NCBI RefSeq assembly: GCF_044704955.1
Contig: NC_091999.1
Span: 31,868,001 to 31,932,000, forward strand
Length of the DNA: 64,000 bases
Direction of reading: 5' to 3'
Source of the DNA: Pristiophorus japonicus
Lineage: Eukaryota
This document shows positions 35,521 through 45,563 of this stretch, piece after piece (the first letter of the stretch is position 1; each line of letters opens with the position of its first letter). A program made the translations under genes and the position numbers. The notes under the pieces are model-generated. The model did no database searches. It was not told where the DNA came from and saw only the letters and a list, made by a program, of their open reading frames with translations.

Positions 35521-38110
35521 TCACTGGTTAGTTAGTGACCATGCTTTTTTAACTGGATCCAGTGTTTCCACTTGCCGATACTCCTTATAAGTACCATAAC
35601 TTACCATGATTACCTGATAGAGACCGATCCATTTGGATGCGATCCCGAACCTCTCTGGGGTAATCTCTTGACTGCCTATTTGGGGTGTTTGGAACTTCTG
35701 TTTCTTAGTGTCGTTCTCTAAATCCATCACCAGCATCTGGACATCAAGTTTATCATGTTGGTTCTACCTGTATGCACATACCCGTGGTATAAATTTAATA
35801 GGCTCCCGTGGATGCATTCCGGGACCACCACATTCCCATCTTTTCTCCATATCCCGTCGGTCCCTTGTTTGGCCCTCTCTGCTTCCACTCCTCCTGTTCC
35901 TGCGGAGTGGCCTCTCCCTGTACCTCAAGCATATTTACTTCCTCAGGCCCAATTGTACATGCTCTGCCTTGGGCTTCCCCGGCCAGTGTACCTGCCACTC
36001 GCTTGGCTGCTTCATCTGTCCATGCATTCCCCTGTTCATACTGATCATTATTTTTTACGTGTGCTTTGATCTTTATTATCGCACACTCCTGGGGTAGGAA
36101 GGAGGCTTCCACTAGATGTTTCCCAATCTCTTCATGTTTAATCGGTCCTCCTCCTGAGGTCGTGTATCACCGTCTGCTCCAGGCTATCATATATTCATGC
36201 TCTACTCCGAAAGCATATCGACTGTCTGTATAGATATTTACTCATTTTCCCCTCGCAAGCCTCAGAGCCTCAGTGAGAACCACTAGTTCAACCACTTGAG
36301 CTGATAGATTCTCTACTAACCGTCCTTCCCCTTTGACCTGACCGCTGCTATCTACCACGACCCATCCTGTCTGTGGTGTCCCATTGATATAGCGCCGAAA
36401 CTCACCTACATATAGATCCATGTCTGCCTCCTCAAGCAGGGTTTCACTTGCCTGACTACTTCCCTCATCTTCTGTTGTGCTACAATGATGCTCCTCTCCC
36501 TTTGTAATGATCCACCCTGCAGGCGTCTTTTATTATTGTTACCGTCCCGTTGAGTGGGGCGGGGCGGGGGGTGGGGGGTGGCGGGAGAGGAGGGGGAGAA
36601 CATTATTTACCACCTCGCCATTTGTGCATCGAATACATTTTTAGCCTTCCAGTTTTTAGTAATTCTACTAAGGTACGCTGGGTTTGTAGAATAATGCACC
36701 CTGACATTATTATTGGTTCGTTAAATCTGATGGCCCAAGCCGCACAGTCGTGGGCAGCAACGCACCTCGACAGTCCTGCAGCTACAGGTTGCGGTTTATC
36801 TGAGTAATATGCCACTGGTCTATGCCTGTCTCCATGTAATTGAATCACCACCGCGTTATAATGATGGTTAATATGGTAGGTATAGACGTGAAAGGGCCTA
36901 TTCTGGTCTGGTAGTCCCAGGGCTGAAGCACTTGTGAGAGTTTGTTTTAACCGCACACATGCAGTTTCTTGATCTAGACCCCAGTTTACTGGCTCATAGG
37001 AGGGTTCCCATCCTTTGACCTGTTTCTGTATAGGTTAGGTCATCTTGGCATATTCGGGAATAACATTTCTGCAGTAGTTTAATAGCCCGAGTACCTGCCT
37101 GACCCCTTTCACGGTTCCTGGTCTGGGGATTGATTGAATTGTTCCTTACTGTCCTCGGGCATCTGTCTCTTCCCTTACGATATTATGTATCCCAGATATG
37201 TTACTTCGCTCCTTCTTTCTCCTGACAATATTCGATGAAAGATGCTCCAGCTGTTATTGAATCCCAGTGGTACCTTCGCCCATGTGTTTTGTTATCCATT
37301 TACCTTGAAGACAAATTTTCCTTGAGACTCTTTGGCTAAGGGAATAGTCCAAGTTCCATTCACTATATCCAGCATGGTGAATATCTTATGATCCGGATCC
37401 AGGCCATTAAAAATTGTGGCTGGACTTGCCACTATTGGGTGTTCTCCGGAAGTCACCTTATTCAGGGTGGTATAATCGATAGTCAATCGGTAAGACCTGT
37501 CGGGTTTCTTCATCAGCCACACAGGTGAATTAATGGAGGCTATTACATGTTTCAATATACTTTGCTCCTCTAATTCATGCACTATCTAACAGACCGCTAC
37601 CTCAGCTTCTGGTGTTAATTCGAACTGTCGGTGAGCTTTGTGTTCGGGTCCAGGAATTTTGATGGGTGATATCTCTGCTAATCCATAATCTTGTTTGCAT
37701 TGTGCCCACAGAGTCGGGTATAATTGGCACACGCTAGCCCATACACCCTTTGTTTCCCACTCGGGTTGGATTATGGTTGTTCCTACCACTCGTTGCTGCT
37801 GGTGTCCCGGGTTTTCGAACTTAATTCGGTTTCGTGCTTATCTCCCAAAATTATCCGATTACGCTGAAGAGCTATCAGTACCCCTATCTCCCTTAATGTA
37901 TCGCTGCCTTCTGTATGCCTTCTCTATGTTGTCTTCTGTATTCTGACAGCACCAAAACTGAGCAGGTAGCACTACCCCTGTACTTCGACAACACCAGCTC
38001 ACTTCGGGTCGCTTTCTGATATCCCCCACTCTCTCCTTGTATGTTGATGGTCCTATGGGTCAGGGGCAAATCTAAGTTGGTTATTGGGTGTTCTCGGGTT
38101 CGGGCGGTGG
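35521..38110 (-). pseudogene. pol: ERV-B pro-pol, disrupted and internally deleted
   Basis: RT NSPVWLMKKPDRSYRLTIDY..LNK and TMLDIVNGTWTIPL; tether RPVAYYS; RNase H SAQVVEL, NIYTDSRYAFG, KIKAH...GNAWTDEAAK; integrase C-terminal KWIGLYQV only. Confidence 0.9.
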
Positions 38111-38199
38111 TGGCAGTGGTACCAGTGGTGCTGGTACCTGTCTGAGCATGTCCATCAGATCTTCCCTGGTTAATGATATTCCCTTCTTTGCCTGTTTGT

Positions 38200-39050
38200 G
38201 GTCTCGCCATCCAGCGCCTTCCTCATAACTCCAGCAATCTTTGGCCAAATGTCCAAGTTTACCACAATTTTGACATGTCCCTTTAGAATTGCTGTAACGT
38301 CTGCTTTTCTGCAGGCAATCCCTACTGAAGTTACCTTCCTGATTGCAGTTTAAACATATCAGTGGAGCTTCGCGGGAGTCTGTCTCTTCCTCCTTCGTCT
38401 CTGCTGCTAACGCTGTTGCTGCTATTTTTGCTCATTTATCCCTTGTTCTAACTTTAACCACTCTACATGTTCTGTCCATTCCAAAGTTTTATCATAATCA
38501 TCTCCTGTCTTAAATACTCACTTAATTATCTTTTGATGTGCCTTTCCTAGTCCATCCTTAAACATTTTCAAGAATGCTGCATCATTTCTGTTGCGGTCAT
38601 CAGCCCCAGAGTGGTTTTTGTATTCAATCCACTTTCGTTCCCCGTACTCCCCAAACCTTTTCCCTGCCTTTTGAGTCACAGTATTCTACTCCAGTCTTTT
38701 GTCAGAGTTCTGTATCTCTACTATTTTGCTTTAGCGGGTGGTAACTTATTCAATAGAATTTGTCTCCTGTGGGCTGAGGGGCACCTCCTGTATGGCAATG
38801 TGGGCTGCTCTACATCCGCTGGAGCGAATGGTGGTCGTGCGTATCAGTGCCACTGATAAATAGCCATTATCATGTGCCGGGGCCACCTCTACTCCAAACT
38901 CATTATCCCTGTCTGATTGACTGTTAGGTTGGGGTTGTGGACAGCACTTACCCAACTTGGGGTACATTATCTCTATTACCGTAGGTGATGGTGCTGTGGC
39001 TGTGCTCTGCACTATCTATCTGGTCCTGTCTTTTTCTCTGCCAGCTTATT
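38200..39050 (-). pseudogene. gag: ERV-B gag remnant with two zinc knuckles
   Basis: CLNCNQEGNFSRDC (His replaced by Asn) and CQNCGKLGHLAKDC at about 38234-38356. Confidence 0.85.
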
Positions 39051-40472
39051 TATCTTAGCTTCTAACTCTTGAATTTTATGTGTTTAAGTATCTATGTGTC
39101 CTCTGTAGCAGGTGAGTATTATTACATACGCTTTCTTCCTTTTGTTTTCATTCTGAATATCCCCACATTTCTTCTGTCTGTCAGGTGAGTCTTTTTTCTT
39201 TTATTAAGAAATCCAAACTAATAATGTCCAGTATAAAATATCTTTCAATGGAAAGGGTTAACTCCACTACAGGTTTGTAAGAAGGTCTGGCGTCATTACG
39301 TGACTTCGGGTATCCATCTGAAAATATTACCCCAAGTCTTTGTGCTTTCAAAGCTTGATAAGAAATTAGGAATCCGTTAAAATAGCAGAAATTATTGGTA
39401 AAGTTGTCAAAATAAAACTTTCTCAGCGGGAAAGGCAGCATTTTAGATTAAACTCCAATTTCTCTACACACCCAATTCAAATACGTGCCAACGAGTTTTT
39501 CATTGATTTAAAGCGAGACCACACATTTTAATAGCTATTTTGTTTACAGAAATCCAATTTCCACGCAAGCTATATACATTCCAGCATTTTGTTTTTTTAT
39601 GGTCCCGTTCACTGAGCAAATCTTGCGTTTTATTTTCTCTCGGCACAAAATCTAAACTTCGGTGCCAGTCCATCTTTTTAAGAATCCTGTAATTCCCAGT
39701 TTTTTCTTTCTGTGCTGAGTTCACATAGCTTAGATCGTTTCCCCCTTTTGAATCTGAACTTAATCATTTTTTGATGACCTTACTTCAGTCCATAGTTAAA
39801 CATCTTTGTTTCTCTTCCTCGGCACAAAGTGTTGTCGGGTTTAACTCATAAGTTTTTATATTTCAACCAATATCCTTTTCACAGCCAATTTAAATCTCGT
39901 TTCTTCAAATTAGGTTTTGTATTTTGATGATCTTCCTCCAGTCCATTTTGCTCAACATCATTGTTTCTCTGCAGCTTTCAAGGTCAAATTTCTATCTTTT
40001 GATAAAAACAAACTGTCCTTTGTAAATTCAATTTGATATCCAACATTTTTCTTTTCTTTTATTAATTTTCCATTTATCTCAACTCGCATTTTATCCCACT
40101 GGCCAGTTTTCCTAGGATCCTGGGGTCCCACCCCACGGTTTAGGTTGTATTCCTTCTTGTTTGCACCGCACACGATCAATACCAGCTTCACTGTGTGATT
40201 ACCACGTCATGCTTCAGGACATACACCTTATATTTCCCATAACGATCGCTGGGGTCCACTCCCCATGCGGTTGCATTCCTTCTTTCTCAGGCATACACCT
40301 ATGCCACCCTTGGTTTTCAACCATCTGTGGTTCGTTATAAGTTGTCCGACAGCTGACCCCTTCAAATTCTTCATACAAATTAGTTCCTTCCCCGTAAATG
40401 CTACAGCTGCATGTGGTAAAAAACATGCTCACTACCATTTAGCAGTCACGTGATCCAGGTCGGAAGGTCTGC

Positions 40473-40490
40473 ATCCGGTTCATGACGCCA
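40473..40490 (-). promoter_or_regulatory. Primer-binding site, tRNA-Ser(CGA type)
   Basis: TGGCGTCATGAACCGGAT vs the recalled PBS-Ser TGGCGTCACGAACAGGAT (16/18); 2 nt from the LTR. Confidence 0.8.
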
Positions 40491-40492
40491 AA

Positions 40493-41090
40493 TATTGGGT
40501 TTAAAAAGGAGGCTTCTCTTCTTCCACGTGGACTAACTGATATAGTTCATCGACACCTCACCTTTCTCCCACTGTATAACGACCACGGAAGTGAACACAC
40601 GAAATCCCAGGATCAACTCGCTTTTATTACGAGCAATTACAAGGGAAGGTTCAGTCGTGGAACCTCCGAAATATAAGAGTTTTCAAGCATAACTTATACA
40701 GGTTTTGGAGAGGAGCTATCCTCCTGCAAAATCATCGATAGGTCTATTGATATCAGCGGAGTTACATTGATTTGTCGACTCTTATCCGACGGTCTCTGAG
40801 TGGTAAATGCAACAGTCCATCTCTCATCATTGTTTTGTTCCATTTTTCCCTCTACCCCAGTCTATCCGACGGTTAGAGTGGCTGTACTTGCTTATTTATC
40901 TCTTCCTCAGGGACGTAAAAAAACTGCTGACCGGCTGTTTAAGTATTACAGAGATTACGGATTCAGTTCAATGCGTTATACATTTGCGCTGTACCTACAT
41001 AAGCAAGTGTTACCTACGTAGCAATTATAAGTTCAAGACCTTCATCATAATTCTGAGCTCCTATTTGCAACCTTATAATTTATCCCTTGA
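40493..41090 (-). repeat. ERV-B 5' LTR
   Basis: Colinear with 32694-33291, same length, visibly diverged (roughly 80-85% by eye). Confidence 0.88.
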
Positions 41091-42510
41091 AGGGATCGAT
41101 GCAAAGCCTCCATCATTGTTCCCCATGTGTCCTCTAATTGTTTGGTGAGACGTTTATTCTCTCTGCTTAGATCTTCTTTTTAAATCTCAAGATTTCCTAA
41201 TTGTTTACATTGCAGCCCCTACGTGAATTGCATTGATACTCTGCTGTTGCATTACTGCAGTAGCTGAGGCAAATTGACTCTGCAAATTCACAATTTTCTG
41301 TTTAATGTCTGAATCTATTTTCTGCAATTCTTCATTCTTAGCCGAATTTTTTTTTCCAGTTCTGATATTTTATCCCCTAATTCTTTCTTGACCTTTGATT
41401 GACGTCCTGCGAAGTACGAAGCTGCACAGGTGACTAGACTCATCGCCTTACCCAGCTTCCATTTCTTAGCTTTAATCTGTTCATCAATAAAAGTGACCGT
41501 ATCCTTAAGGGATACATTCGGATTCTTCCCTAGGCAATCTAGCAACAGTGTCTGCACTTGCGTTTTGTCACATATTTTTTCAAACTTTTTCTGATACTCT
41601 TCCAAGAGACACTCCTCCGGCATCTGAAAATTAAATATTTTTATGTAAGCTTCCTTAATGAAGATAACAGTCACTAGCAGTTGACGTAAATCAACCTTAC
41701 ACAAGATTTGATCTGCCTTGCATCTGCTGGTGACACACAAGAACTTGTTTCCAAATAGACAGAAAAAATTACAAGAGTTCCCAATTAACTTGATTATTGA
41801 GTATATTGCATTTTGTTCAATATCTCTTTGTTTTGTTCCTTCGTGGTCGCCAGATGTAGTTTTTAACCAATGAGCCGCTTTTTGCCGCTTTGCTAACTAT
41901 AGCAATTCAGCTATTTCCAGGGTATATACTTAATTCAAACTGGGAGACTCTTGTTCACATCATACCAAATACTTTTAATACAGGTATAGTGAGTAAAAAC
42001 AGTGTTTTATCAAGTAAATTACATTCTGTTACAAAAGTAATACTTAACAAATTATAGTCACAGCCTAATTCTCGATAGCGTCCTCTCGAGCTGACCGTGG
42101 TGCCGACTCCTTATCTCCTGTTCGCTTGATTCGCACTGCCTTCTGAGTAGAAGAGCTGTTACTTTATACCATTTTTCTCCCATTCAAAAGCTGTGAAAAT
42201 TTACAGCTGTTGTAGCCTTACAGTAGATCATATTATCTACTGCCTTTGACTTTCTATGTTATCTCTATCTCCCTCCCTCTCTGTGGCAGGAATCACTTCT
42301 CTGAGAACAATTATACAGACCATGGTCACACAGAATTAATTACTGAGCTTGGCTTTACAAAAATATGACAAGAACTGGTACGCAATGTATACCTTTATGT
42401 TATTGATTAATAATTTCGGCCTTGATCCTTCTATTTGTAAATGAAGCTTTATCAGCAGTTACAAAAATGGATAAAATAATAATGACTCAATTTTAAAATT
42501 TTGCTTTGTT
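41091..42510 (-). mobile_element. Third LTR element remnant: LTR (from 41855, outer end uncertain), PBS-Arg, coiled-coil gag-like N-terminus
   Basis: PBS TGGCGACCACGAAGGAAC at 41835-41852 (Arg-type), followed by TGTAG. ORF 41315-41740 continues after an A-run frameshift as KNEELQKIDSDIKQKIVNLQSQF. Confidence 0.72.
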
Positions 42511-42519
42511 CATGTTTGT

Positions 42520-43200
42520 AAATGTATATGTGTGGTTATGTCGAAATGTTTGTTTATGTTGAGGTGTAAGTGTGTGTGAGTTTTCGTGTAACATTGTGTT
42601 CACATGTAAGTGTGTGTGTGTGTGTGTTTTGTGTTAGTTTGTGTTTGGATTTATAGGCATGTCCATGCTTGTGTAAGTGTGTTGAGGTATGTGTTTTCCA
42701 ATAAGTGTATGGTTATGTCTCAATGTTGTTCATGTTTGGTGAGTGTTTGTGTGTGTGTGTTTTGTGTAAATCTGTATTTGATTTTATGCATTTGTTTACG
42801 AGTGTGTGTGTGTTTTGTGCAAGTCTGTGTGTGGATTGACGTGTGTATTTACCTGTGTGTAAGTCTGTTTCTGTGTTTTGTGTAAGTGTGTGTGTGGATT
42901 GATGTGTGTGTAAGTGTGTTTTTGCAAGTGTGTGTGTGGGTAGATGTGTGTGTTTATGTGTGTGTAAGTGTGTATAAATGTGTTTTGTGTAAGTGTGTGT
43001 GCGTGGAATAATGTGTGTGTTTATGTGTGTGTAAGTGTGTGTGTGCTTTGTGTAAATGTGTGTGTAGATTGATGTATGTGTTGATATGTTTGTAAATGTG
43101 TGTAAGTGTGTTTTGTGTAAGTGTGTGTCTGGATTGATATGTGTGTCTATGCTTGTGTAAGTGCGTATAAGTTTCCGTTGTGTTAGTGTACGTTTCGATT
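42520..43200. repeat. TG-rich low-complexity tract
   Basis: Degenerate (TG)n with GTAA/GATT interruptions. Confidence 0.9.
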
Positions 43201-44146
43201 GACGTGTATTATTGTTTTGTTCAAAGTTTCAGAGAGTACCAATAACTGGATTTGACAATGATGGTTTTCATTATATTCTAGTTATGTATAATATTATGTT
43301 TAAGGTTGTTAGTATGTCTTCATATGTAAGTCTTTGTGCGTTCATGTGTAATTGTGCACTTACACAAAAACACAAACATATACAAAATCATCAAAACACT
43401 TACATGTGAACACACACAAACTCACTTTCACATGTATTCTCCTCCGCTCTGTGTAAATGTGTTCTGTGTAAGGCGCAATGTGATATCAGCCGAACGAATG
43501 CAACAATTCAACCGATGGGCTTCAGCAACATCAGGGACACAACTGTGAGAAACTCGGAGAGGATTCAGTCACCAGTTTAGACATGGCCCATTAGAATTCA
43601 ACATGTTAGTTTACAATTAACAGGGACTGTTGCACCCCCAAGTCTATTTAAAAATATTATGTGGAATAAATAGTTATTTCAGAATATAATACTCATATGG
43701 CAAATTTAAAATTTTTAGATCATGGGTTAGAATGTACGATGGCAACTTAGTGCATTAAAAAGAGAGTGGTTCACTTCCCATCTCCCTGCGGGAGTGGCAG
43801 TGGGGGTTACATGAATTATACGTTTCCCTTTCTCCTCCCGCTGGTGCGTGTGAGAGGTACAGTGAGTTAAAATTACCCTTTACTCCCTCTCAGCTGAAGT
43901 TACCTTCAGGAATCCTGTAATGAGAGAACTCCACGCAGTTTCTAACTCATGCTGTATCTGAGCTGGTAGCGCTGGCTGTACAAGCCTTGGGACCGAGATC
44001 CGCAAACACCCTACTTCAGATAAACAGCCCTCACATTGGCCAAAATAGGAAACATAATTAATTGAGTGGCTGTGTGTTTAACTCACGATGGAAGAAAAGC
44101 CCTTCATTGTTTTTTATATAAGAACTGAAATGCAATCGAGACATTC

Positions 44147-44161
44147 TCATTGACAAGAATG
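44147..44161 (-). pseudogene. IGHM: Displaced end of the IgM secretory tailpiece (...SCQ*)
   Basis: Minus strand CAT TCT TGT CAA TGA immediately left of the CR1, completing MDTF-(N)SCQ* begun at about 53384. Confidence 0.82.
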
Positions 44162-45384
44162 ACTAAGAAAGCAATAAAGGAAGGAAAGATAGATTACAAA
44201 GGTAAACTTGCGCAAAACATGAAAACGGATAGTAAAAGCTTTTACCGATATGTAAAACGGAAAAGAGTGACTAAAGTAAATGTTGGTCCCTTAGAAGATG
44301 AGAAAGGGGATTTAATAATGGGAAATGTAGAAATTGCTGAGAGCTTAAACAATTATTTTGCTTCGGTCTTCACAGTGGAAGACACAAAAACCATGCCAGA
44401 AATTGCTGGTCAAAGGAATGTGGGAAGGGAGGACCTTGAGACAATCACTATCACTAGGGGGGTAGTGCTGGACAGGCTAATGGGACTCAAGGTAGAAAAG
44501 TCCCCCGGTCCTGATGAAATGCATCGCAGGGATAAAGAGATGGAGGAAGTTATAGCAGATGCATTCGTTAAAATCCACCAAAACACTCTGGACTCTGGGG
44601 AGGTACCAGCTGATTGGAAAGCAGCTAATGTAACACCTCTGTTTAAAAAAGAGGGCAGACAAAAGGCAGATAACGATAGGCCGGTTAGTTTAACATCTGT
44701 AGTGGGGAAAATGTTTGAAACTATCATTAAGGAAGGAAGAGCGGGATATCTAGATTGGAATAGTGCAATCAAGCAGACGCAGCATGGATTCATGAAGGGG
44801 AAATCATGTTTAACTAATTTACTGGAATTCTTTGAGGATATAACGAGCATGGTGGATACAGGTGTACCGATGGATGTGCTGTATTCAGATTTTCAAAAGG
44901 CATTCGATTAGGTGCCACACAAAAGGTTACTGCAGAAGATAAAGGCACGTGGAGTCAGAGGAAAAGTATTAGCATGGATAGAGAATTGGCTGGCTAACAG
45001 AAAGCAGAGAGTCGCGATAAATGGGTCCTTTTTGGGTTGGAAATCGGTGGTTAGTGGTGTGCCACAGGGATCGGGGCTGGGACTACAACTGTTTACAATA
45101 TATATAGATGACCTGGAAGAGGAGACAGAGTATAGTGTAACAAAATTTGAAGATGACACAAAGATTAGTGGGAAAACGGGTTGTGCAGAGGACACAAAGA
45201 GGCTGCAAAGAAATTTAGATTGGTTAGAGAATGTGCTAAGATTTGGCAGATGGAATACAATGTCGGAAAGTGTGAGGTCATCCACCTTGAGGGAAAAAAA
45301 ACAGCAAAAGGGAACATTATTTGAATGGGGAGAAATTATAACATGCTGCGATGCAGAGGGACCTGGGAGTCCTTGTGCATGAAA
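44159..45384 (+). mobile_element. CR1 LINE, 5' part, inserted in the IgM tailpiece
   Basis: KSPGPD, WKAANVTPLFKK, RPVSLTSVVGK, GVPQGS; stops at DLGVLVHE where Tx1 begins. Confidence 0.93.
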
Positions 45385-45563
45385 CTCTTTTAGGAGCAAA
45401 CAAAAAACATTAACCCGTGCCCCCCGATCTGGGGGAAACACCAACATTTACAAGGTTTATTTTTGGCACAAAAATATATTTTTTCTCCAAGTGCCCCCTA
45501 TAAAAGGGGAGGGGGACACTAAAAGCACCGGCAATTAAAACAAATTAACTTAAAAATATGAAA

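Larger units (their letters stand above)
32694..41090 (-). mobile_element. ERV-B: degenerate endogenous retrovirus, LTR-PBS(Ser)-ORFx-gag-pol-env-PPT-LTR
   Basis: Two homologous LTRs of about 600 bp, PBS, PPT, CCHC gag, RT/tether/RNase H, env with RGKR site. Confidence 0.92.

Noticed and set aside
43400-44100. Possible IgM transmembrane exons
   Set aside because: No hydrophobic TFIILF...TLVKVK-like coding found by eye.
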